IMG/VR virus record: IMGVR_UViG_3300032236_000551
Span: 1 to 58,163 of that record
DNA: 58,163 bases
Source of the DNA: a virus
Taxonomy: Duplodnaviria; Caudoviricetes
Direction: 5' to 3' (one strand)
In this document: piece after piece, positions 19,560-28,833 of the stretch
How the letters are laid out: every line of letters begins with the position of its first letter
Numbering within the stretch: the first letter of the stretch is position 1
Program-made: the position numbers and the translations under genes
Notes under the pieces: model-generated
Seen by the model: only the letters and a program-made list of their open reading frames with translations
The model's database searches: none
What the model was told of the DNA's origin: nothing

Positions 19560-20333
19560 TTATGCTGCCCAAATATTAGTAAAGTCAACACCGCCAAAAT
19601 TGATGATTACATTTGTTTGATCGTCAAAATTTCCTGTATATTGTATACTGATAGTATCATTAATGACATCGCTACCAGTATCATTCTTAGCATACCAAAC
19701 CTCGCAAGTTTGAAAGCGACCAGCTCCACCATTTCCTGCATCGTTGTAATATGACTTAGAAGATTTTTTAGTCCATGTTAAACCAGAAGATGAAGTGACT
19801 GAAACGATATTTCCATTAGAGTAGTCATGTCCTTCAACACCCATACATAAAACACCAAACTCAGTATTGTTTAAATTGTAACTAGAAAGAGATGATATGG
19901 AACTATAATCAGTGCCGAATGAATGATATGAACCAACTACAACAGGAGGAACTATACCAATTCCATTTAATACATGAATAACTGATACTGATCTACCGTT
20001 CAGATTATTGTTTATGGTAGAAGTTGCATTTGTAACTGCCGATGGATTTTCAATTGTAGATGCCCAAATATATTCCCACCAATTTGCGCCATTGTTTTGC
20101 GCAACTTCTTGTCCTGTCCAACCATTGATATATCCATCAGTTGAACCAGCACTAGTATTTGAGGTTACAAAAGCAATAGAAGTTGAATACGCAGGAGCAG
20201 ACCAAGTTAATGAAGGTAAACCTGCTCCACCATCATTAGTACCATCAGTGACTGCAAAATATGTTGGTGCAGTTCCGTACTGAGGAATCCCAGATGGTGC
20301 ACCTACTTGAAATCCACTAATCTTAATAGTCAT
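19560..20333 (-). CDS. hypothetical beta-rich fibre-associated protein
   Basis: 257 aa, Ser/Thr/Gly/Asn-rich with aromatic residues, inside the fibre cluster; N-term MTIKISGFQVG. Confidence 0.65.
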   Translation of the reverse strand: MTIKISGFQVGAPSGIPQYGTAPTYFAVTDGTNDGGAGLPSLTWSAPAYSTSIAFVTSNTSAGSTDGYINGWTGQEVAQNNGANWWEYIWASTIENPSAVTNATSTINNNLNGRSVSVIHVLNGIGIVPPVVVGSYHSFGTDYSSISSLSSYNLNNTEFGVLCMGVEGHDYSNGNIVSVTSSSGLTWTKKSSKSYYNDAGNGGAGRFQTCEVWYAKNDTGSDVINDTISIQYTGNFDDQTNVIINFGGVDFTNIWAA

Positions 20334-20443
20334 TATTTGTTCTCACTTTTTAATTGGGCAACAAATTCTTTGGCTTGTTGAATTTTCTCTTGACTGGCTG
20401 CAACATGCTCTTGCATTTTTGCTTTAATTTCTTCTTGTGTCAT
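20333..20443 (-). CDS. 36-aa helical micro-protein not in the ORF track
   Basis: MTQEEIKAKMQEHVAASQEKIQQAKEFVAQLKSENK; starts 1 nt after the upstream TAA and its TAA overlaps the next ATG (TAATG), exactly filling the gap. Confidence 0.7.
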   Translation of the reverse strand: MTQEEIKAKMQEHVAASQEKIQQAKEFVAQLKSENK

Positions 20444-20444
20444 T

Positions 20445-20882
20445 TTAACCCCAATCGACTAATGTTAATGCAGTTGCTGGCCAATTCCAAGTTCCAGGAT
20501 ACACGCTGTACCCATTAAATGTTCCAGTGCCAAGAGGAATTAATACTGAATATTCCCAGTTTCCTGTTGGTAGCAGAACAAACGCTGTATTTGGAGAATG
20601 ATCAGTACTACCAACACCCCAGTTACCATCAAACGAAACATAACTTGTTGGTGGACCTGAAAGACTATTAATAAAATCTAATTGTTCTGAATTTAACTGT
20701 AATAAAACAACTGGTTCTCCATAACCATCAGGTTGGATAAATCCACTAGCAGTTAAAATACTAGGATCAATCCAATCAACTACTTGTTCTTTTTGGAAAT
20801 GTAATAAGCGTGGAGCAGCATGAACTATCACTCCACCGCTTATTGTCGTACCACCACTAAATGTAATATTTGGTGCAGTCAT
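20445..20882 (-). CDS. hypothetical fibre-associated protein
   Basis: 145 aa with AGGA RBS; N-term ITFSGGTTISGGV. Confidence 0.65.
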   Translation of the reverse strand: MTAPNITFSGGTTISGGVIVHAAPRLLHFQKEQVVDWIDPSILTASGFIQPDGYGEPVVLLQLNSEQLDFINSLSGPPTSYVSFDGNWGVGSTDHSPNTAFVLLPTGNWEYSVLIPLGTGTFNGYSVYPGTWNWPATALTLVDWG

Positions 20883-20892
20883 TATTTAATCC

Positions 20893-23800
20893 TTAGTATG
20901 TTCCACCATCAATATTGAATCCATCTAGATTGCTTGTATCTGCGCCAGCACCAACTAAATTAGAACCAACATATACTTTCTTGGCAACTGACAAACCACC
21001 TGATAAAACAACCGAAGCAGTTCCAAGAGCTGATGCTTCAGTAGCATCAGTAAATGTTACTAGATTGTTAGCAGCAAGAGTTGTAAACTTACCAGAACTA
21101 CGAGTAGTAGAACCGATTGGTGTATCATCAACAGTACCACCAGAGATAGTTAGGTCATTAGCAACATAGGTATCTGCAATCGCAGTACCTTGCCAAACAC
21201 CAGTAGTAATAGTACCAAGAGTTGTGATAGATGATTGACCAGCATAAGTTGATGCAATATCAACAGTATGAGTATTAACAGTAATACGATCAGCAGTTCC
21301 ACCAACAGTTAATGTACCAGAATCATAAGTTAAACCATCACCAGCAAGTGAAGATTTTAATCTTAGGCTGTCGCTGTTAATTTCAATACCACCATTGGCA
21401 TCAACATTAACTGCAAGAGTATAACCAGACTTAGATAAACCATCACCAGCAATTAGTGTACCAGATGTAGAGAACAATGTCCAGTTAAGAGCATCAGTTC
21501 CTAGTACTGGTTCGCCTTTGTTAGTAAGAACGAAACCAGTGTTAAGGTTTACATCACCATCTTCAACGAAAGTAAACGCACCACCAGTAACTTCTCCAGC
21601 GAGCGGAGTTGTTAAATCATTAGCGAGATTGTCGAAGTCAGTAGCACGAGTCCAAGCACCACTAGCAACAACATAGATACCGTTATTTTTGGCTAAATCT
21701 TGATCTTTAACAAGAACACGATCGCCAGTAACAGCCATTACTGTATCGATAAGTTGTTCGCCAGAAAGAGTGATGTTTTCAGTAGTTGCTAAACGAACAG
21801 ATGCTTTAACATCTAAACCAGAACGAGCAGCATCAACATAGTATTTGGTTGCTGCATCATTGTCGTCAGTTGGTTCTGCAACATGTTTAATCTGCGCATT
21901 AGAAACAGAAACATGACCAGCACCGATTGGTTCCAATACAACATCTGCGTCAGTACCAACATCAGTTGAAACAATAGTGCTTCCATAAATCTCAATATTA
22001 GTTGAGTTAAATGTAACTTCTTTAGTACTTTCATTGTATGTTAGATACGAAGCGCCAGAATTTACTTGACGAATCGGATCGATGAATAAACCAGCCTGAT
22101 CTGGATTAATACCAGTACCATCGGCAGTAGCAGTTGCTTGAAGAACAATCGAATTATCATGTTGGCTATATTCAGCAGCATGAGCACCGATAGCAATAGC
22201 ATTAACACCTTGACCAGATGTTAAACCATTCGCAGTATGGTGACCGATTGCGATCGCATAACCACTTTGATTCAAACGACCAGCTAAACGACCGATTGCA
22301 ACTGCTTTTTGTCCTTGGTATTGATCACCAGCCCAGCGACCGATGGCGATAGCGGAGAAATTTTGGTTAGTATTACCAGCATCTTCACCGATGGCGATAG
22401 CAGTTAATTGTTGATTTAAGTAACCAGCATTATTACCAATGGCAACTGCATTTTGTTGTTGACTAGTATTACCAGCATTAACACCGATCGCAACTGCATT
22501 AGTACCTTGTGAAGTATTACCAGATCCAGCACCAATAGCAACTGCGCTACTCTGTTGATTTGATTCACCAGCCTGAGCACCGATAGCAACTGCGTAGCTA
22601 CCTTGGTTTAGATAACCTGCACCACCAACTGAAGAGTTTGGTGAAGAACCGATAGCGATAGCATCAGAACCTTGACCAGAATTACCAGCACGATTACCCA
22701 TGGCAATCGCATTGTTACCTTGGCTAGTTGTACCAGCACGAGAACCGATAGCGATACCATCCCAGCTTTGTCCTGTTTGAGTGCCATCTTGATAACCGAT
22801 TGCAATTCGTTGTGAAGAACCAGTTTCTTGAACACCAAAACCAAACAATATAGAATTGTTACCAGTGTCAAGAAGATGTGCACCATTTGGTAATTGTAGA
22901 TATGGAGTACCGCTGTTAGATTTGAATTGCCATTCGTAAGTATCTTGGGCAGAAATTCTAACATCGCCATTATAGCTGTCGATTAATAAATCGTTGGTTT
23001 GCCATTCGATTAAACCAATTTCTGTACCACTGATATTATTACTATCGTAGAACTGAAGACCTTTATTTGGTAATGTTAAATATCCATCACCTTTGAATAC
23101 TAAATTTTTCTCAGTACCATTAGAAGAAGCAAGGATAACATCACCAGTAGTATCATTGGTTTCAACAACACCTGGAATTACTAAGTGACCATCAGAATTT
23201 CTGAAAGTGATAGTACCATAATCATTCTGTTGAACAATATCATTATTGTTAGTGCGCAGAATAACTTTACCATCTCGTTTTGCAAAAAGAGCAATATTAT
23301 CAGCACCATCGTAATATCCACCACTGTTACCGCCAATGTCGATATATGAATCACCACCATCGTAGTTACCAAGAGTTAAACCAGCGTTACCAGTGTTCCA
23401 AAGGTTAATTGCACTTTGGTTATCCCAGTTACCAAACTGTAGCGAAGCATTATCAGTGTTAGTATTTGGACTAAAGATAAAGACATTATTGTTTGCAGCA
23501 GAAATCTTAGAATAAGAAGTATACTGTGATCCAGGATTTGCTGAGTTTGGTAATGTTAGAGTACCATCTAAAGCAAAGTGCCAGTATTGAGCAAGACTAG
23601 AACCATTCCATGCAGCGTTTTTAATCCAAACACCATCATGCTGTGCGTCAACTTGGCTATATGCAGAAACATCATAGTCATGCCATCTTAAAGATGAACG
23701 ACCAGCAGTCGCATCGGCAGAAGTATTTTTAGTTTGTAATAGTAAGTAATTACCATCTGTTACTGGAGAGATTGCTTCTTGACCGCTGTTCCATGTCCAG

Positions 23801-24813
23801 AATTTGATAGCATCATCGCCACCATTCCATGCTAGTTGAGCAGCAGTACCTTCGTTTGATGAACCTAATCCACCAAACAATAAAGTGTCAGTGTTTAATG
23901 TAGCAGTTCCAGTTCCATTTAAATGTAGAATTTCTACATTGTTGCTGTAAAGAGATAGGATGCCGTCTGAAAGACTGAACATACCAGTATCATAACCAGT
24001 ATCGTCTTTAAAGCTGTAACCAGTTGTACCAGTACCAGTTGGATTTCCGTTAGCAGCAAGATAAGCATCAGAACTAACATCGGTAATACCGTAAAGGTTA
24101 CCACCAACATACAAGTTACCTTGAATCGCTGCACCACCAGCAACTTTTAATGCACCAGTTGTACCATCAGAAGTAGTTGCAGTAGTTGTCTTAATCTCAA
24201 GACCATCAGTAGTAACAGAAACTACATTGGTTGATGATGAATAAAAATTAATGTTACCAGTGTCTAATGCAGTTACATAGGTATTGGTATCAGGAGATCT
24301 AACACCACCGAGTGATGCCCAGTGAGTGCCATCATAACCTTCAAAAGAAGTTAAGTCTGTATTGAAACGGATCGCACCAGAAACTGCAGGTGCTTGCTGT
24401 AAAGAAGTTCCTTTTGGAATTACTAACGCATTTGTTCCACTAATCTTAACATAACCATCACCATTAGGTGTTAGAAGAATGTTACCATCAGTATCTGTTG
24501 ATGATAATGTATTGCCAGTTAGTTTTAAATTGCTAACATACAATTCATTAATCTTTTTATCAGCATCAACAATAATAGCATTGCTTGCTGTTAATGTGCC
24601 AGGAGTTGCTCCAAGCAAATCGGTAAAATATTTACCACCGATAACAATGTGGTTCGCAGCATTACCAGCAGTTTCCGTGCCCATACCAATGTATAGACGA
24701 TCGCCTCCATTTGAGCCATTGTCTGCTAATGCTGAATACGCTAACTCACCAGCACCCAGTGTTCCTGGATTTCCTGATACCGAGCTGCGTTTAATTCGGA
24801 TGATTGATGCCAT
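20893..24813 (-). CDS. tail fibre / adhesin with YadA-head-like repeats
   Basis: N-term IIRIKRS...GELAY; 13 (A/I)xA(I/M)G repeats; DAATKYYVD, LDVKASVRLATT..ITLSG, GDRVLVKDQ...NGIYV fibre motifs; C-term IDGGTY. Confidence 0.85.
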   Translation of the reverse strand: MASIIRIKRSSVSGNPGTLGAGELAYSALADNGSNGGDRLYIGMGTETAGNAANHIVIGGKYFTDLLGATPGTLTASNAIIVDADKKINELYVSNLKLTGNTLSSTDTDGNILLTPNGDGYVKISGTNALVIPKGTSLQQAPAVSGAIRFNTDLTSFEGYDGTHWASLGGVRSPDTNTYVTALDTGNINFYSSSTNVVSVTTDGLEIKTTTATTSDGTTGALKVAGGAAIQGNLYVGGNLYGITDVSSDAYLAANGNPTGTGTTGYSFKDDTGYDTGMFSLSDGILSLYSNNVEILHLNGTGTATLNTDTLLFGGLGSSNEGTAAQLAWNGGDDAIKFWTWNSGQEAISPVTDGNYLLLQTKNTSADATAGRSSLRWHDYDVSAYSQVDAQHDGVWIKNAAWNGSSLAQYWHFALDGTLTLPNSANPGSQYTSYSKISAANNNVFIFSPNTNTDNASLQFGNWDNQSAINLWNTGNAGLTLGNYDGGDSYIDIGGNSGGYYDGADNIALFAKRDGKVILRTNNNDIVQQNDYGTITFRNSDGHLVIPGVVETNDTTGDVILASSNGTEKNLVFKGDGYLTLPNKGLQFYDSNNISGTEIGLIEWQTNDLLIDSYNGDVRISAQDTYEWQFKSNSGTPYLQLPNGAHLLDTGNNSILFGFGVQETGSSQRIAIGYQDGTQTGQSWDGIAIGSRAGTTSQGNNAIAMGNRAGNSGQGSDAIAIGSSPNSSVGGAGYLNQGSYAVAIGAQAGESNQQSSAVAIGAGSGNTSQGTNAVAIGVNAGNTSQQQNAVAIGNNAGYLNQQLTAIAIGEDAGNTNQNFSAIAIGRWAGDQYQGQKAVAIGRLAGRLNQSGYAIAIGHHTANGLTSGQGVNAIAIGAHAAEYSQHDNSIVLQATATADGTGINPDQAGLFIDPIRQVNSGASYLTYNESTKEVTFNSTNIEIYGSTIVSTDVGTDADVVLEPIGAGHVSVSNAQIKHVAEPTDDNDAATKYYVDAARSGLDVKASVRLATTENITLSGEQLIDTVMAVTGDRVLVKDQDLAKNNGIYVVASGAWTRATDFDNLANDLTTPLAGEVTGGAFTFVEDGDVNLNTGFVLTNKGEPVLGTDALNWTLFSTSGTLIAGDGLSKSGYTLAVNVDANGGIEINSDSLRLKSSLAGDGLTYDSGTLTVGGTADRITVNTHTVDIASTYAGQSSITTLGTITTGVWQGTAIADTYVANDLTISGGTVDDTPIGSTTRSSGKFTTLAANNLVTFTDATEASALGTASVVLSGGLSVAKKVYVGSNLVGAGADTSNLDGFNIDGGTY
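22150..22810. repeat. ~16-aa coding repeats (AxAIGxxAGxxxQxx), beta-roll type
   Basis: 13 units counted from QRIAIG to NAIAIG, mostly 48-nt period. Confidence 0.85.
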
Positions 24814-24828
24814 TTTTATTCTTCTCCG

Positions 24829-25098
24829 TTAAAATTCTCCACCTTCCATAATCTGGAGATCCAGATTTCTGGTGGCAGTCCATCTACTTGTGTTTGATTT
24901 GTATACTAATACCGAACCATTTTCTTTACCCGATGCATCAACATCGTCTAGATTTCCCAGCGGAACCTGCCCACCTGGAATACCCTGTGGTCCTCGTTGC
25001 CCACGAATACCAACTGCTGGTACTACTGGGATCGACGGAACATCAATTGATGCATTAATATTTGGGTTCGATAATACTGTTGCTGTTATATCTGCCAT
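24829..25098 (-). CDS. small fibre adaptor with mini collagen-like segment
   Basis: GIRGQRGPQGIPG (G-X-Y), LGNLDDVD...GSVLVY...W, C-term IMEGGEF. Confidence 0.75.
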   Translation of the reverse strand: MADITATVLSNPNINASIDVPSIPVVPAVGIRGQRGPQGIPGGQVPLGNLDDVDASGKENGSVLVYKSNTSRWTATRNLDLQIMEGGEF

Positions 25099-25099
25099 G

Positions 25100-25441
25100 T
25101 TAAGTCTTTGTAATTTCTGGCGTTAGGATAACAAGACCTTCCAACGCACGAATCTTACTAGAGTCGGGTGCTGGTGAAGTCAACTCAATATCGTACAAGT
25201 ATCTACCTGCCTGGATATCAGTGGTGTCGCTAGGATCAAGTTTTAATTGCACCTGCCCAGCTGCTGCATCGTATATAGATGCTTGAAAATTTACTGCGGA
25301 AGACGATTGATATGATTTACGAAACTGGGATCTTACTGTAAAATCAGTCAAATCCATTGGTGTTCCGTCTTGATTTGTGAGCGAAATGATGCTACTAAAG
25401 GTAGTTCCTTGGTCGATCACTAAATTCGAAATTGTTGCCAT
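25100..25441 (-). CDS. Ig-like fibre-attachment protein (BppU-N-like)
   Basis: NLVIDQGTTF, DLTDFTVRSQFRKSY, GRYLYDIEL...RALEGLVILTPEIT pattern common in T4-like phages. Confidence 0.7.
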   Translation of the reverse strand: MATISNLVIDQGTTFSSIISLTNQDGTPMDLTDFTVRSQFRKSYQSSSAVNFQASIYDAAAGQVQLKLDPSDTTDIQAGRYLYDIELTSPAPDSSKIRALEGLVILTPEITKT

Positions 25442-25464
25442 TAGAAGTCTCCAGCTTTATCTTT

Positions 25465-25472
25465 TATTTATA
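25465..25472 (-). promoter_or_regulatory. consensus T4 late promoter TATAAATA
   Basis: Exact TATAAATA between a terminator and GGAG RBS / ATG 25441. Confidence 0.8.
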
Positions 25473-25494
25473 ATCTACGAGAGTGCTGGTTGCA

Positions 25495-25520
25495 ACAAAA
25501 AACCCTCCGAAGAGGGTTTA
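25495..25520 (-). terminator. rho-independent terminator with C(UUCG)G tetraloop
   Basis: Minus strand AAACCCTC-TTCG-GAGGGTTT followed by TTTGTTG, immediately after the stop at 25523. Confidence 0.9.
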
Positions 25521-25522
25521 TT

Positions 25523-25762
25523 TCATTTCTCGTAGAGAGGTCGTTTATCATCGCCCATCATTTCCCACTTACCTAGTGGGCATTTTACGAAAGGCACTAA
25601 AACTTTTAACGGCATAAAACAGCTGCATTGAGCGCATGTTCTAGTTGTTTTATTATACTCATCACAAGTATTGCAAATATCCAATCTTGAACGAGTTTCA
25701 TCAGTTTCATCGTATGCCTGATAAGCACCAATATCTACATTATCTAAATGTTCGTGTTTCAT
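25523..25762 (-). CDS. small Cys-rich protein (DUF6171-like, putative metal/Fe-S binding)
   Basis: RLDICNTC...TCAQCSCFMPLK....KCPLGKW: six Cys (C-x2-C-x9-C-x2-C-x-C-x12-C). Confidence 0.75.
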   Translation of the reverse strand: MKHEHLDNVDIGAYQAYDETDETRSRLDICNTCDEYNKTTRTCAQCSCFMPLKVLVPFVKCPLGKWEMMGDDKRPLYEK

Positions 25763-25766
25763 TTTA

Positions 25767-27287
25767 TCATCCTATTGCTAAAGTTACATAACCACTACCA
25801 TTATTGGATCCAGCGCCAGATCCGTCATAAGACACATTAGATATATATGACGAATTATAATAGGAAGAACCTCCCCCACCCATACCACCACCTTGACCAC
25901 AATGTGAAGTCATTCCACCACCACCGAACCAGCCTGCGCCACCAGCACCACCAGCATTTCCGCAGTTACCGTTTTGGCCACCATAGAATGTAGATCCGTC
26001 ACCGCAACCATTTGAAGAACCGCCATTGTCGATTCCACCTACACCACCAGAGGATTGACTGCCACCTTGTGCAATTCGGTTGGCAGTATTTGTATTTCCT
26101 TGACCACCATTTGGATATCCAGCATTTCCAGAATCTGGAGTATCACCATCACCAGCGCCACCGCCAGCACCACCGACTATGTAGTATGTAGATCTATTAC
26201 CAGTGTTTAATGGATCACTAGTACCTGACCAGAAACCAGAGAAGCCACCACCAGTAGTTCCACCACCACCGCCTGATGGACCACCACCTGGATAGCCACC
26301 AGCCACATTACTACTGCCTTGGAAGTTACCAGTAGCACCAACCACAACATAGTAGTTAGAAGCTGCAGGAATACTAGAGTATGTGCCAGTCATAATAGCA
26401 CCATAACCTCCAGGAGTATTTGATGGACTACTATTACCACCTTTTGCACCAGCACAAGTTACTCTTAAACTATGAGCATTATAAACAGTTATTGGATAAA
26501 CAGTTCCAGCTGAAGAAAGAGTTACTGTTTGAGTAGTACCAGTATTATAGTAGGTAGTTCCGTTGACTGATAATAATCTCTTAACAGTAGTTATGCTAAA
26601 TGAACGATCAGCATAGAAGTTATTTGCAGATGCTCTAACTGTAAAAGATGCAGTCGCTGAAGTATCTGGGAATGTTCCTGTAATTACACCACTAGTGCTC
26701 AACGAGAGTCCAGAAGGTAGTGAACCAGAAACTACGCTGAATGAAATTGTATTGCCATCAGGATCAGTAGCTGATAAACTAATGTTTGCAGAAGATCCAC
26801 CATTAAATGATCCTAGCGAACCAGCTGATGTTGACCAAATTGGTTCTCTGTCCACAGTTCCAGCTGGATCTAAAATTGAAGATAGTCCTGATGGATTTTG
26901 AACTTTAATTGAAAACGCAGCACCCCCAACATAGTTGACTGATGCAGCAGCAGTTGCTGCAGTTAATTGAGCTGAATTAACATAGGTGGTAGATAATGCT
27001 CTTTGCACATTGCTAACACCAGCACCATTAATGTAAACAATAGATCCAGATTTGAATCCTGTTCCATTAATTGTTATTGTTGAATTTATATCTTGATTGA
27101 TTGTTCCAGTAAAGGATGTGATTGCAGGAGGGCTGTCTACAGCTGTCCAACCATTGGCTGTATAAATTTCCATTAAGCCAATGTCTGTGTTAAACCTCAT
27201 CATACCCTCTACGCCAGTTGGGCGATTTGCAGAACTATCTGCAGGGAGAGTAATTGCTTCTGGTCCAAGAATTGTTGGTTGACCCAT
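25767..27287 (-). CDS. glycine-rich adhesin paralog C (IPT/TIG + putative Ig + Gly-rich domain)
   Basis: N-term LPADSSANRP..G..RFNT; TITINGTGF (IPT-like); SGSLPSGLSLSTSGVITGT (He_PIG-like); AGAKGG...GGGGSSY Gly-rich domain. Confidence 0.85.
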   Translation of the reverse strand: MGQPTILGPEAITLPADSSANRPTGVEGMMRFNTDIGLMEIYTANGWTAVDSPPAITSFTGTINQDINSTITINGTGFKSGSIVYINGAGVSNVQRALSTTYVNSAQLTAATAAASVNYVGGAAFSIKVQNPSGLSSILDPAGTVDREPIWSTSAGSLGSFNGGSSANISLSATDPDGNTISFSVVSGSLPSGLSLSTSGVITGTFPDTSATASFTVRASANNFYADRSFSITTVKRLLSVNGTTYYNTGTTQTVTLSSAGTVYPITVYNAHSLRVTCAGAKGGNSSPSNTPGGYGAIMTGTYSSIPAASNYYVVVGATGNFQGSSNVAGGYPGGGPSGGGGGTTGGGFSGFWSGTSDPLNTGNRSTYYIVGGAGGGAGDGDTPDSGNAGYPNGGQGNTNTANRIAQGGSQSSGGVGGIDNGGSSNGCGDGSTFYGGQNGNCGNAGGAGGAGWFGGGGMTSHCGQGGGMGGGGSSYYNSSYISNVSYDGSGAGSNNGSGYVTLAIG

Positions 27288-27291
27288 TTTG

Positions 27292-28830
27292 TTATCCTAT
27301 TGCTAAAGTTACATAACCATCACCACCTCTGGCTCCATTGGAGTAGGTGAAATTGGAAATATATGAACTGTTATAGTATGAAGAGCCACCGCCACCAGCA
27401 CCTCCACCTTGTCCGCAGTGAGAATTACCACCACCACCTCCGTACCAACCACCACCGCCACTACCACCTTGTCCAGTATTATCAGGACATATACCAGCAG
27501 AGCCACCATAAAATGCAGAACCAGCGCCAGCACCTTGAGTGCCAGCATCTGTTGAAACACCAGCACTACCACCAGAGGATTGAGTACCACCACCTGGAAT
27601 TTGCATGCTAGTGTTATTTGTATTTCCATTTGAACCTGATGGATAACCAGCATCACCACCTCTAGATGCACCCAATCCATTGGTGCCTGCACCAGTATCA
27701 GATGAGTGACCACCGCCACCACCGCCAATCAAATAATATGTAGATCTATTTCCAGTATTTAATGGATCGCTAGTGCCTGACCAGAAACCAGAAAAACCAC
27801 CACCTCCGTTATTAGATGTAGTAGGATAACCACCGCCACCACCTGGATAACCACCAACATTACTATTAGGTCTTTTTCCTACAACTGCATAGTATGTTCC
27901 TGCTGGAATAGATGCATATGTTCCTTGGACATAACCACCATAACCAGAAGTAAGGTTAGTTCCGTCATAAACAGATCCACCTTGAGCACCAGCCAGCGAC
28001 ACAGTTAAATTGTGAGCAGAGTAAACAGTAATCGGATAAACAGTACCAGCACTAGATAAGGTTACTGTTTGAGTAGAACCAGTGTTATAGTATGTTGTTC
28101 CATTGACAGCCAATAATCGTTTAACTGTTGCAATACTAAATGCACGATCAGCATAAACAGTATTTGAAGATGCTCTAACTGTAAAACTGCTAGTTCCAGT
28201 TGTATCTGGGAATGTTCCAGTAATAACGCCACTAGTGCTTAGTGATAAGCCAGAAGGTAAAGAACCTGATACTACTGTATATTGGATCGCTTGCCCATCA
28301 GGATCCGTAGCAGATAAAGTAATATTTGCAGAAGATCCACCATTAAATGATCCTAGCGAACCAGCTGATGTTGACCAAATTGGTTCTCTATCAATAGATC
28401 CAGCAGCAGTAAGAACACCTGTTAATCCAGAAGGGTTTACAACTTTAACATCAAAGGACGCACCACCAACATAGTTGACTGATGCAGCAGCAGTTGCTGC
28501 AGTTAAAGATGTAGAATTTACATAGGTTGTTGACAGCACTCTTGGCACGCCACTAACACCAGCACCTTCGATCTGAACATAAGATGTAGATTTAAAATTT
28601 GTTCCAGTAACAGTAATAGTTGTATTAATGTCTTGGTTGATAATACCAGAAATACTACCAACTGTTGGAGGTGCATCAATTGCAGTCCATCCATTGGCTG
28701 TATAAATTTCAGCCAAGCTGATAGTTGTATTGTAACGAATCATACCCTCTACGCCACTCGGTCTATTTGCCGATGTGTCTGCAGGAAGGGTTATCGCCTG
28801 TGGTCCAAGAACTGTTGGTTTAGTTGCCAT
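27292..28830 (-). CDS. glycine-rich adhesin paralog B
   Basis: Same architecture as neighbours, with divergent loops in the Gly-rich domain; ends GYVTLAIG. Confidence 0.85.
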   Translation of the reverse strand: MATKPTVLGPQAITLPADTSANRPSGVEGMIRYNTTISLAEIYTANGWTAIDAPPTVGSISGIINQDINTTITVTGTNFKSTSYVQIEGAGVSGVPRVLSTTYVNSTSLTAATAAASVNYVGGASFDVKVVNPSGLTGVLTAAGSIDREPIWSTSAGSLGSFNGGSSANITLSATDPDGQAIQYTVVSGSLPSGLSLSTSGVITGTFPDTTGTSSFTVRASSNTVYADRAFSIATVKRLLAVNGTTYYNTGSTQTVTLSSAGTVYPITVYSAHNLTVSLAGAQGGSVYDGTNLTSGYGGYVQGTYASIPAGTYYAVVGKRPNSNVGGYPGGGGGYPTTSNNGGGGFSGFWSGTSDPLNTGNRSTYYLIGGGGGGHSSDTGAGTNGLGASRGGDAGYPSGSNGNTNNTSMQIPGGGTQSSGGSAGVSTDAGTQGAGAGSAFYGGSAGICPDNTGQGGSGGGGWYGGGGGNSHCGQGGGAGGGGSSYYNSSYISNFTYSNGARGGDGYVTLAIG

Positions 28831-28833
28831 TTA

